Origin: Macrostomum lignano
Taxonomy: Eukaryota
Reading direction: 5' to 3'
DNA: 64,000 nucleotides
NCBI GenBank assembly: GCA_002269645.1
Contig: NIVC01001054.1
Coordinates: 268,656-332,655, forward strand
The position numbers were made by a program, and so were the translations under genes. Positions 48,183 to 60,979 of the stretch are shown in pieces (the first letter of the stretch is position 1; each line of letters opens with the position of its first letter). The notes beneath the pieces are model-generated. The model was not told the origin of the DNA. It worked only from the letters and a program-made list of their open reading frames with translations, and made no database searches.

Positions 48183-49241
48183 TACTATATTTTTTAGACT
48201 TGTGTCCTATCTCTACAGGAAAAAGTAAAATTGCAGGTGGCATCCAGTGCACTTTTGAAATTTTTTCTAAAGTGCAATGTGTGCACAGGCATGTAGTGCC
48301 TGCGCGTGCATTGCGTTTTTTTGCTAGCTGCTGCTCTAGCAAATACATATACATGTAAAGGGGTCTAATACCTCTGTGGAAAGGGCCTATACACTCATAA
48401 TTTATAAAGCTTAGGAGAAGTTCTGAAATTTCAATTTCATTTTCCAAAATTTGAATTTTTAAAAAGCAAATTTCAATTTTGAAAAAAATTTAGAAGTCAA
48501 AATTTTGGAAGTGTCTAAAAAGTCATTATAAATAGACTAATTCTGCTACATATACATGTATTTTGTTTTGCATAAGCAGTAAATTAAAAGTAAAAAAGTT
48601 AGTGTTGGTCATACTAAACTTTGTTTTTCTGAAGTTTGATTTCAGAAAATTTCAATTTCAATTTTGGAAAGCTAGCAAATTTTGATTTCAATGAAATGGA
48701 ACATCTCTAATAATCCTAAAGCGCAGTAAAATAGTTTGACTCTTTTCTAAAGTGCGCATCCATGGGTTTTCAACATTTATTCCAATAGGGTGTCTTATTT
48801 GTTTGTTTGAACAATAGTTTTATCCTACCAATAGACAAAACCACTATGCCATTTATTCAAGGGCCCAACCTAATAGAGATTTTAGCTAGATGTTTATGCC
48901 TATTGCCCTTTAAACATAAGAATGTACATATTTTATGATTTTAACATGATTTTAACATCTTAATAATTTCTAAGCATGACTTAGCTTTATAAATTGGTTT
49001 TTGTTTGGAATTGCAATCCTTTTAGTTTAGGCAGTTTAATTTTTTAATGCATAGATAGTCTTTTTGTAGTATTGTATTGAGTTATAGTATTGAATTAAAA
49101 CTATTATTGTAAAATACTGCTACTTTCAATACTTAAAAAAATAATTACTCAAACCATGATTTAAATTTGCAGCAAGAAATAGAGATCTTCAGTTAGGATG
49201 CTAAGAAAGAATCTGTGGAAACAGTACTATTAAATTAGATA

Positions 49242-52200
49242 ATGAGCAGCAAAGCTAGCAAGAAAGAAATGGAAGATAATTGCCAGCATATTAAATGTGT
49301 GCCAAGAAAAGGTTTCCCACCACTTCTACTTAAGCCACAGGCTGTGGGTCCTATGCAAAAGCGGCAGAAGTCTTGCAATGATTTTCAACAGATTGAATAT
49401 CAGCAAAGCAATCATTACATGATGCAGAAACAGCCATGGAAGCAGAAGTTTTCTTATCAGCAAGTGCAAAAGCAGCAATGCCATAATCCGCAAGCGCAGA
49501 AGCAGCAATGCTCTAATCCGCAAGCGCAGAAGCAGCAATGCCCTAATCCGCAAGTGCAGAAGCAGAAGTTTCCCGATCAGCAAGCGCAGAAGCAGAAGTT
49601 TCCTGATCAGCAAGCGCAGAAGCAGAAGTTTCCTGATCAGCAAGCGCAGAAGCAGACGTTTCCTAATCAGCAAGCGCAGAAGCAGAAGTTTCCTGATCAG
49701 CAAGCGCAGAAGCAGAAGTTTCCTGATCAGCAAGCGCAGAAGCAGAAGTTTCCTGATCAGCAAGCGCAGAAGCAGAAGTTTCCTGATCAGCAAGCGCAGA
49801 AGCAGAAGTTTCCTGATCAGCAAGCGCAAAAGAAGCAATTTTATAGTAGGCAGCGTCGACCATATTGGTTGCCTCAAAAGCACGACCCCGTAAGTCCCTG
49901 CGTCGTGCAGCAAGACGAGAAGCAGTCCGAACTTGCTGATGAGAAGGAACTGCACCGCTACAAGCAGTGCTCGCTACCGCTCCCAGGTGAACTGGACGAA
50001 TTATTTCATAGCAGCGTCAATGCAGACAGCCAATTTCAACTATTGCCTGGGCGCAATTTGTGCAATTGCGCCGCGGCCAGACACAAGCTCGTTGGCTCCT
50101 GTCCCGTCTGCGGCCGAATCCAATGCTCCCAGGAGGGTGCCGGGCCCTGCCTGTTCTGCAGCTGTCCTCCCGGGCTGGAGCCAATACCGCCCGAAGCTGT
50201 GGTCACCCGCGGCCTCCGTCCGCTTGATGCCCCATCGCCAAGGCTCGTCTTCGAGCTGCCGACAGCGTCAGCTCCGAGCGGCTCTTCTACTGCCAGCTCA
50301 AGCTCAAACTTGGCCAGGCTTCGTAGATTGAGCCTCCGTCTGCAGGACGGCCATCTGCTGCGCCTTCGCGATGACGGCCTCTGCCTGCGAGCCTGGGAGC
50401 CGTGGGCTTCGCTTGTTCTGCAGACCCCTGCGCCAGAGCCTTCTTGGACTGGCCAGCTGCCCAGCAGTGCTTGGCCACTGCATCGGGGCTGCATGTGGAT
50501 CGCCGTACCTACCGAATGCGAGGTGTGAATAATTTAATGATCTCTAGTTATTAAGATTGTTGGGAAGCTTTTAAAATTTAGGGGAGGGGATTCGAGACGG
50601 TGAAACTCAAGATAAAGGGCGGGAAACTACGGTTCTTCGAAAATTTCGAAAACTTCGAAAGCCTGTAGTTTATGACCTGTGTAGTTCATGGCCTTGTAGT
50701 TTATGGCCTTGTAGTTTATGCCCTTGTAGTTTATGGCCTGTGTAGTTTATGGGCTGTGTAGTTTATGACCTGTGTAGTTCATGGCCTTGTAGTTTATGGT
50801 CTTGTAGTTTATGCCCTTGTAGTTTATGGTCTGTGTAGTTTATGGGCCTTGTAGTTTATGGTCTTTGTAGTTTATGGCCTTGTAGTTTTTGGTCTTTGTA
50901 GTTTATGGTCTTTGTAGTTTATGCCCTTGTAGTTTATGGTCTTTGTAGTTTATGGTCTTTGTAGTTTATGGTCTTTGTAGTTTATGCCCTTGTAGTTTAT
51001 GGTCTTTGTAGTTTATGGCCTTGTAGTTTATGCCCTTGTAGTTTATGGTCTGTGTAGTTTATGGTCTGTGTAGTTTATGGTCTTTGTAGTTTATGGTCTG
51101 TGTAGTTTATGGGCCTTGTAGTTTATGGTCTGTGTAGTTTATGGGCCTTGTAGTTTATGGCCTGTGTAGTTTATGGCTTTGTAGTTTATGGCCTGTGTAG
51201 TTTATGGGCCTTGTAGTTTATGGCCTGTGTAGTTTATGGCTTTGTAGTTTATGGCCTGTGTAGTTTATGGGCTGTGTAGTTTATGGTCTTTGTAGTTTAT
51301 GGCCTTGTAGTTTATGGGCTGTGTAGTTTATGGTCTTTGTAGTTTATGGCCTTGTAGTTTTTGGTCTGTGTAGTTTATGGGCCTTGTAGTTTATGGTCTT
51401 TGTAGTTTATGGCCTTGTAGTTTATGGTTTTTGTAGTTTATGGCCTTGTAGTTTATGGCCTGTGTAGTTTATGGCCTTGTAGTTTATGGGCCTTGTAGTT
51501 TATGGTCTTTGTAGTTTATGGGCCTTGTAGTTTATGGTCTTTGTAGTTTATGGCCTTGTAGTTTATGGTTTTTGTAGTTTATGGCCTTGTAGTTTATGGC
51601 CTGTGTAGTTTATGGCCTTGTAGTTTATGGGCCTTGTAGTTTATGGTCTTTGTAGTTTATGGCCTTGTAGTTTTTGGTCTGTGTAGTTTATGGCCTTGTA
51701 GATTATGGTCTTTGTAGTTTATGGCCTTGCAGTTTATGGTTTTTGTAGTTTATGGCCTTGTAGTTTATGGCCTTGTAGTTTATGGCCTGTGTAGTTTATG
51801 GCCTTGTAGTGTATGGTCTTTGTAGTTTATGGTCTTTGTAGTTCATGGTCTGTGTAGTTTATGGGCCTTGTAGTTTATGGTCTTTGTTTGTAGTTTACGG
51901 CCTCGTAGTTTATGGTCTTTGTAGTTTATGGCCTTTGTAGTTTATGGCCCTTGTAGTTTATGGCCTGTGTAGTTTATGGCCTGTGTAGTTTTTGGCCCTT
52001 GTAGTTTATGGCCTTTGTAGTTTATGGTCTTTGTAGTTTATGGCCTTGTAGTTTTTGGTCTGTGTAGTTTATGGGCCTTGTAGTTTATGGTCTTTGTAGT
52101 TTATGGCCTTGTAGTTTATGGTTTTTGTAGTTTATGGCCTTGTAGTTTATGGCCTGTGTAGTTTATGGCTTTGTAGTTTATGGCCTGTGTAGTTTATGGG

Positions 52201-54573
52201 CCTTGTAGTTTATGGCCTGTGTAGTTTATGGCTTTGTAGTTTATGGCCTGTGTAGTTTATGGGCTGTGTAGTTTATGGTCTTTGTAGTTTATGGCCTTGT
52301 AGTTTATGGGCTGTAGTTTATGTTTATGGTCTTTGTAGTTTATGGCCTTGTAGTTTTTGGTCTGTGTAGTTTATGGGCCTTGTAGATTATGGTCTTTGTA
52401 GTTTATGGCCTTGTAGTTTATGGTTTTTGTAGTTTATGGCCTTGTAGTTTATGGCCTTGTAGTGTATGGTCTTTGTAGTTTATGGTCTTTGTAGTTCATG
52501 GTCTGTGTAGTTTATGGGCCTTGTAGTTTATGGTCTTTGTTTGTAGTTTACGGCCTCGTAGTTTATGGTCTTTGTAGTTTATGGCCTTTGTAGTTTATGG
52601 CCCTTGTAGTTTAAGGCCTGTGTAGTTTATGGCCTGTGTAGTTTTTGGCCCTTGTAGTTTATGGCCTTTGTAGTTTATGGTCTTTGTAGTTTATGGCCTT
52701 GTAGTTTTTGGTCTGTGTAGTTTATGGGCCTTGTAGTTTATGGTCTTTGTAGTTTATGGCCTTGTAGTTTATGGTTTTTGTAGTTTATGGCCTTGTAGTT
52801 TATGGCCTTGTAGTTTATGGCCTGTGTAGTTTATGGCTTTGTAGTTTATGGCCTGTGTAGTTTATGGGCCTTGTAGTTTATGGCCTGTGTAGTTTATGGC
52901 TTTGTAGTTTATGGCCTGTGTAGTTTATGGGCTGTGTAGTTTATGGTCTTTGTAGTTTATGGCCTTGTAGTTTATGGGCTGTGTAGTTTATGGTCTTTGT
53001 AGTTTATGGCCTTGTAGTTTTTGGTCTGTGTAGTTTATGGGCCTTGTAGTTTATGGTCTTTGTAGTTTATGGCCTTGTAGTTTATGGTTTTTGTAGTTTA
53101 TGGCCTTGTAGTTTATGGCCTGTGTAGTTTATGGCCTTGTAGTTTATGGGCCTTGTAGTTTATGGTCTTTGTAGTTTATGGCCTTGTAGTTTTTGGTCTG
53201 TGTAGTTTATGGGCCTTGTAGATTATGGTCTTTGTAGTTTATGGCCTTGTAGTTTATGGTTTTTGTAGTTTATGGCCTTGTAGTTTATGGCCTTGTAGTT
53301 TATGGCCTGTGTAGTTTATGGCCTTGTAGTGTATGGTCTTTGTAGTTTATGGTCTTTGTAGTTCATGGTCTGTGTAGTTTATGGGCCTTGTAGTTTATGG
53401 TCTTTGTTTGTAGTTTACGGCCTCGTAGTTTATGGTCTTTGTAGTTTATGGCCTTTGTAGTTTATGGCCCTTGTAGTTTATGGCCTGTGTAGTTTTTGGC
53501 CCTTGTAGTTTATGGCCTTTGTAGTTTATGGCCTTTGTAGTTTATGGCCCTTGTAGTTTATGGTCTTTGTAGTTTATGGTCTTTGTACTTTATGGCCTTG
53601 TAGTTTTTGGTCTGTGTAGTTTATGGGCCTTGTAGTTTATGGTCTTTGTAGTTTATGGCCTTGTAGTTTATGGCCTGTGTAGTTTATGGCCTTGTAGTGT
53701 ATGGTCTTTGTAGTTTATGGTCTTTGTAGTTCATGGTCTGTGTAGTTTATGGGCCTTGTAGTTTATGGTCTTTGTTTGTAGTTTACGGCCTCGTAGTTTA
53801 TGGTCTTTGTAGTTTATGACTTTTGTAGTTTATGGCCCTTGTAGTTTATGGCCTGTGTAGTTTTTGGCCCTTGTAGTTTATGGCCTTTGTAGTTTATGGC
53901 CCTTGTAGTTTATGGCCTGTGTAGTTTATGGCCCTTGTAGTTTATGGCCTGTGTAGTTTATGGCCTGTGTAGTTTATGGCCTGTGTAGTTTATGGCCTTT
54001 GTAGTTTATGGCCTTTGTAGTTTGTGGTCTGTGTGTAGTTTTCCGAATTCTTGAAAATTTTAAAGTGGCAGTGTTATTGAAACTAAATACATCACGGAGG
54101 ATAGAGGTTTACATTTTTTCAGCACACAAAAATTATTATTGCTTTCACAATGTACTTTTCTTCAGCAAGCCAGCCGGCCGCCACCAAAGCCGGCGTCCAA
54201 AGGCGATTCGCCTCCGTCGCCTGAGATGTTGCTGCTGGGCTGCGTGCAGCTGGACGATGTGCTCTCGCTTGATGAGCATCGCCGTCAGTGCCTGGCATTC
54301 GGTCACTGCTCGCCCATAGGCCCGGATAGCCAATCTGAAGCAGCAGCTGCTTCTAGAAGTAACTCTAGCCATTCTAACAGCAGCAACAGGTTGCCGGCTG
54401 ATGCAAAGCTGCACCGAGGCAGTTGCGTGCTAATCTGCTCTCAGCCTAGGCGGCTCAGTCTGCCTAATCTGCTAGTTGTGCCGTCTGGGGCCGCCCAGTC
54501 TGCTGGCCTGTGCGGCGGCCTGTTTCAGTTGGATCGAAAATTGCACCTGAAAGCTCAAGGCCTGCTTGCGTGA
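49242..54573 (+). CDS. TRIP4: Divergent TRIP4/ASC-1-like protein (Q/K-rich repeat, zf-C2HC5, ASCH). Exons 49242-50522 and 54166-54573; about 562 aa
   Basis: LLPGRNLCNCAAARHKLVGSCPVCGRIQCSQEGAGPCLFC; DDGLCLRAWEPWASL...HRGCMWIA; LLGCVQLDDVLS; CVLICSQP; LFQLDRKLHLKAQ. Phase-0 intron 50523-54165. Confidence 0.82.
50660..54030. repeat. 15/16-bp satellite TGTAGTTTATGG(C/T)C(T/TT/TG), 3.4 kb, filling the TRIP4 intron
   Basis: Direct reading. Confidence 0.98.
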
Positions 54574-54724
54574 CTTTGATTGGACAGGCATGTGCTTTGA
54601 TTGTTGCTTAGATCACCATATAGGTCTATACATCCTGGGTGATGTTACTTAGATTACTGAGCAATAGAGCTCGATAGTGGCTTATATCACAGAATATGGG
54701 TCTATACATCCTGTTTGATGTGTC

Positions 54725-55435
<711 letters not shown>

Positions 55436-56149
55436 GGTTTTTTTGGAGAACCGTCAGGCCGATTTTTATCAAATTAGCCTTAGAAACTGTTATTGTTCGG
55501 CTATCATGCATAACTACTTTCTGATTAAAAATTTTAATTGAAAGTGTGTCAGATATTAAATAAACGATGTTTTTTAACGCTTGCAATGGGCGTTCCGCTT
55601 GAATTTGATTTTAAAGGCTCCCATGGGGGTCTCGGTGCGCTAGTACCGGTATAGGTCTATATATACATCCTTGTTGTGTTTTTTAGATCACAGCATTTTA
55701 CTTAAAAAGTTTTAATGGACATTAAAAAGATGTTCCAATAATGCATTACACTTTTTGTACCATTTTTCCTATTTATATTTTTATAATAGTAATATTTCTT
55801 CTTGTCAAATTTATTGCTAAGTTAAACTGCATAAATACTTTTTTGCTCGCTGGAGCTTTGCTTGGTAGCATATTTATCATTAATCATCTACTGAAGTTTT
55901 TTCAAAGTTCACTTATCATTTTTATATAAGTTTGTCATCTTTCTCTTCTGTTATCATTTTTAAATATAATAGTTTCGTTTAAAGTTTTGTACAATTTTTT
56001 TTGTTTTTTTGGATAACTTTAATTTTTGTTTAATTTCAGTTTTTTTCAATAAATTCAATAAAGTGAGAAAACAAAATTGTCTCTAAATAAATATTAATTC
56101 TTGGAATCAAATTTCTGAGAAGTTTATAATTATTGAATTTATGATCTGT

Positions 56150-56690
56150 TGTGGTTTATGGTCTCTGCGGTTTGTGGTCTGTGTATTTTACCGTCTGTAT
56201 AGTTATCGTCTGTGTAGTTTATGGCCTGTGTAGTTCATGGCATGTTATAGTTTATGGCATGTGTAGTTCATGGCATGTGTAGTTTATGGCCTGCGTAGTT
56301 CATGGCATGTGTAGTTTATGGCATGTGTAGTTTATGGCATGTGTAGTTTATGGCATGTGTAGCTTATGGCATGTGTAGTTCATTGCATGTGTAGTTTATG
56401 GCATGTGTAGTTTATGGCATGTGTAGTTTATGGCATGTGTAGTTCATGACATGTGTAGTTTATGGCATGTGTTGCTTATGGCATGTGTAGTTTATGGCAT
56501 GTGTAGTTTATGGCATGTGTAGCTTATGGCATGTGTAGTTCATGGCATGTGTAGTTTATGGCATGTGTAGTTTACTGACTGTGTAGTTTACGGACTGTGT
56601 AGTTTGTGATCTGTGTAGTTTATGGCATGTGTAATTTACGGACTGTGTAGTTTATGGCCAGTGTAGTCTATGCCCTATTTAGTTTATGCA
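56150..56690. repeat. 16-bp satellite TGTAGTTTATGGCATG, sister of 50660-54030
   Basis: Direct reading. Confidence 0.92.
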
Positions 56691-56823
56691 CTAAAAACAA
56701 AAAACTATAGGTCAGCGAAATTTACCTGTGTAGTTTTTTTAGTTCAAGAAGATTAAAGTATAACCTCGAATCTTTCAAGTCTGAAGTTGTGTTAGGATTT
56801 TGTTCTTGAGGCGTCAATCCGTC

Positions 56824-58456
56824 ATGAGCAAGTCCCCTCTGGCCACTCAGTCCGCAGCTCTGAGCTCATCGGGAGAACTGCGCCACTGGCGCGAGCTCAC
56901 CGCCCTAGAGAAGGAAGCTTTGCGCCTCATCCACAGCTTGCTGCAGTACCAGCTCAGGCTGGAGGTGTACGCGGGCCGCCTGCCTGACAGCTGTCTGCAG
57001 TCAGTTGATGCGGGCATCGCATTGCGCCTGGGCTTGCTGAGGATCCCGTCGGCTGGTCAGGCTCGAGCCTGGCGCACTCTGGAAACCACTCTGTGCAGGC
57101 GGGCAAAGCTGCTGGCATCAATGCGGACGCCAGCTAATGCCGCCGCAGTGTCCGAGTCGCTTTTTAATACCTCGAAATCTTTGCTTGGGTCTGCGCGCGA
57201 CGGCTGGTGAGCCAGACGTTATTAATAATTCATGCGCTACTTATTCCCGTTAAAACTCACTAGTAACTTTTTAACTACTCAAACGACTGTCTCCGATCTG
57301 ACTCTACGGCCCCAGAGTCGCAGACAATGAAATGTCTCAAATTTACTCTTTCAGCGACTTGTACCGCAAAACCTCGTTGTTTCAAAGTCGTCTAGAGTAC
57401 TTGAAACGACTTTGAGACGCTTCTCAGTCCATTAGGTACCGTTTTCATCGGGTTTGATATTTATCATATCAAGGAGGAAGGGGTTAAACACTGGGTGACA
57501 CTCTGCCTTGTAAAACTCTGCCTGCCTTAAGGGAGGCCGTAGCCCAGCTGGCAGGTGTGCCAGCGACCCAGGCTCGATTCCAAGTGCAGTCCCATTAATT
57601 TTGGGCTGAATTGGAATCTCGCTTTGGCTCTGCTCGTGCAATTAACGGCCTTGAGAGCCAACCCCCCAAGGCGCAGTGAATTGTGTACATGCCTAACAAT
57701 TGATAAAGTTAGGGCCGCTGTACACTCCTGTGTGAGTGTGTGCCTGCGTAACGTATCCGCGCGCTCGCGCTTGTATGCCTGCTCAGGGGAGTCGGCGGAA
57801 TGGGCAGTAATGCCTCTCGCCGGTTGTGTGCCTATGTCGCTTAAAGTGCGCCAGGGTGCACACAACCCCCCTGCCTCTAATAAAAAAAATAAAAAATACA
57901 CTGCCTTGTAAAAGTTAGCAAGATGTTGCTTTTAACAGACAGACTTTACTATAGGCATTCTGTCACTCCTTGCAGCCCTGGCAGCGGCGGTCGCAGACTG
58001 ACAGAGTCCGCTCTGGAACGCCTTGAAGCTGTCGCAGAGGCTGCCTGCTCTTCAGATGCCGCCGATTCCACCGCGGCATTCGACGATGTGTTGTCGGCTG
58101 GTCGAGCTTTCGTCCAGATGCTCGTTCGGCTGGCTGATCTGGACAAGCGGCAGGCTGGCGGCTGCGGCACCCGATCAGACCCGGATGAAAAGCTCGACCG
58201 ACTATGCGCCGCCTACGCCGCTTTTATTGGTCGAAGATCTTTGCATCGAACTGTGGCACTGCTGTGCCTGGAGTGTCCGGAGCTTCTGGCTGATTTGTGC
58301 GACTCTGGGGCCAGCAGCCTTGGTGATGAAGGCGCTCATGCTCAGACTGATGCAGCTGGTGGCAGCAGCAGTGTGTACACTTGGATGTACGGCTCACTGG
58401 CGGCTGGCAGCTTGGCTGCTGGCTTGTACGCCATGCGGAAGCTTGTTGCTAAGTGA
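56824..58456 (+). CDS. Hypothetical helical protein with a C-terminal transmembrane anchor. Exons 56824-57206 and 57976-58456; about 287 aa
   Basis: Two GC-rich ORFs joined by a phase-2 intron (TG|GTGAGC ... TCCTTGCAG|C); C-terminus WMYGSLAAGSLAAGLYAMRKLVAK. Confidence 0.6.
57516..57900 (+). mobile_element. tRNA-derived SINE with a 13-bp TSD
   Basis: A-box TAGCCCAGCTGG, B-box-like GGCTCGATTCC, A-rich tail; TSD CTGCCTTGTAAAA at 57503-57515 and 57901-57913. Confidence 0.85.
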
Positions 58457-58594
58457 ATTCAGTTTATAAGAATAAGCGTAAGATTATATTTGTCTCATTG
58501 TGCCTTTCATTTTTCTTTTCATTCTGCTTGATTCCTTGAGTTTTGTAGTCAGTTTTCTTTAGAAATATCAAACCTATAGTGTTTGTGTCAGGTC

Positions 58595-59110
58595 TGTTAA
58601 AATGCCATTTGGTTTTGTGTCAGATCTGTCAGAATATCATCAGGTTTTGTGTCAGATCTGTCAGAATCATCAGGTTTTGTGTCAGATCTGTCAGAATATC
58701 ATCAGGTTATGTGTCAGATCTGTCAGAATATCATCAGGTTTTGTGTCAGATCTGTCAGAATATCATCAGGTTTTGTGTCAGATCTGTCAGAATATCATCA
58801 GGTTTTGTGTCAGATCTGTCAGAATATCATCAGGTTTTGTGTCAGATCTGTCAGAATATCATCAGGTTTTGTGTCAGATCTGTCAGAATATCATCAGGTT
58901 TTGTGTCAGATCTGTCAGAATATCATCTGGTTTTGTGTCAGATCTGTCAGAATATCATCTGGTTTTGTGTCAGATCTGTCAGAATATCATCAGGTTTTGT
59001 GTCATCTGTCAGAATATCATCAGGTTTTGTGTCAGATCTGTCAGAATATCATCTGGTTTTGTGTCAGACCTTTCAGAATATCATCAGGTTTTTTGTCAGA
59101 CAGGTTAAAC
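58595..59110. repeat. 32-bp minisatellite TTTTGTGTCAGATCTGTCAGAATATCATCAGG
   Basis: Direct reading. Confidence 0.95.
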
Positions 59111-59689
59111 TTAAAACCAGATGTGTCAGACTCACTAAGATAAAATAAGTTTGTGTCAGGTGCTTTCAGATATCATAAGCTTTTGTGTCACTTGTTTCAT
59201 GTGAACCAAATGACCTCAAAAATTATTATTATTAAAGATAAATTTCCAACAAGCTATTGACCAGCGCCAGACATGTAGTTCTGTTTAAAGCTTTCAGTAT
59301 TATGACGGCTCGCATAAGTCAAAATGTCCATGTGTACTTTGAAATAGCACGAACATTTTCTTTTATTCTATTTTTGTCAAGTTCGTTCGTCAAATCAAAT
59401 TTTATAGACTTACTTAACATTGGGAGCTGCCATGTCATTATATTAATAAATACACTTGTTAATATTCAAATAGGTCAGTAAGTACTCGTCTGTACATATA
59501 TTTTATACATAGTCCAATAAAGGTTTCAAAAATCTCAACTTAATTCTTTGCTCTCAAATCTTGTATATTTGTAAATAGCATAGTTTGTAGTAAAGCATGC
59601 TTTTTGCTATTTTTATGTATAAAGTTTGGAATTTTTACTTAATATTCCTCTTAGTTATCGCATGCATAAATCATGCACTTATTTATGTA

Positions 59690-60728
59690 TCTCCCTCTCA
59701 GCTATGTCCCTCTAAGCCATGTCCCTCTCAGCTATATCCCTCTCAGCTATCTCCCTCTCAGCTATCTCCCTCTCAGCTATATCCCTCTCAGCTATCTCCC
59801 TCTCAGCCATGTCCCTCTCAGCTATATCCCTCTCAGCTATCTCCCTCTCAGCCATGTCCCTCTCAGCCATGTCCCTCTCAGCTATCTCCCTCTCAGCCAT
59901 GTCCCTCTCAGCTATCTCCCTCTCAGCTATCTCCCTCTCAGCTATCTCCCTCTCAGCTATCTCCCTCTCAGCTATCTCCCTCTCAGCTATATCCCTCTCA
60001 GCTATCTCCCTCTCAGCCATGTCCCTCTCAGCTATCTCCCTCTCAGCTATCTCCCTCTCAGCCATGTCCCTCTCAGCTATCTCCCTCTCAGCTATCTCCC
60101 TCTCAGCTATCTCCCTCTCAGCTATCTCCCTCTCAGTTATCTCCCTCTCAGCCATGTCCCTCTCAGCTATCTCCCTCTCAGCTATCTCCCTCTCAGCTAT
60201 ATCCCTCTCAGCTATCTCCCTCTCAGCCATGTCCCTCTCAGCTATCTCCCTCTCAGCTATCTCCCTCTCAGCTATCTCCCTCTCAGCTATCTCCCTCTCA
60301 GCTATCTCCCTCTCAGCTATCTCCCTCTCAGCCATGTCCCTCTCAGCTATCTCCCTCTCAGCTATCTCCCTCTCAGCTATATCCCTCTCAGCTATCTCCC
60401 TCTCAGCCATGTCCCTCTCAGCTATCTCCCTCTCAGCTATCTCCCTCTCAGCTATCTCCCTCTCAGCTATCTCCCTCTCAGCTATCTCCCTCTCAGCTAT
60501 ATCCCTCTCAGCTATCTCCCTCTCAGCTATCTCCCTCTCAGCTATCTCCCTCTTAGCTATCTCCCTCTTAGCTATCTCCCTCTCAGCCATGTCCCTCTCA
60601 GCCATGTCCCTCTCTGCTATCTACCTCTCAGCCTGTCCCTCTCAGCTATCTCCCTCTCAGCCATGTCCCTCTCAGCTATCTCCCTCTCTGCCATGTCCCT
60701 CTCAGCCATGTCCCTCTCAGCTATCTCT
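59690..60728. repeat. 15-bp minisatellite GCTATCTCCCTCTCA, about 69 copies
   Basis: Direct reading. Confidence 0.97.
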
Positions 60729-60979
60729 CTTAGGTAAATCTCTCATCTATCTCCTCCTGTACCTACCTATCCTCTGAGTCAGTAGGTGCTAAAATTTTAA
60801 ATGCATGATTCCTTTGCAAAAAAAAATTAATTGCTGCCTGTGCAACACAGCATTGCATTTGTAAATCAATTTATTGAAACAAACATGTAAATTTATTAAT
60901 TTCCAGGTGTGTCATCTTTCTTTTTTAGATTATTTGATCCAATCCTATTTGAAAAGAGGATATTATAACAACAACAGCA

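Noticed and set aside
58200-58290. Bcl-2 BH1-like motif (SLHRTVALL) in the tail-anchored protein
   Set aside because: It lacks the NWGR core; too weak to call without structure prediction.
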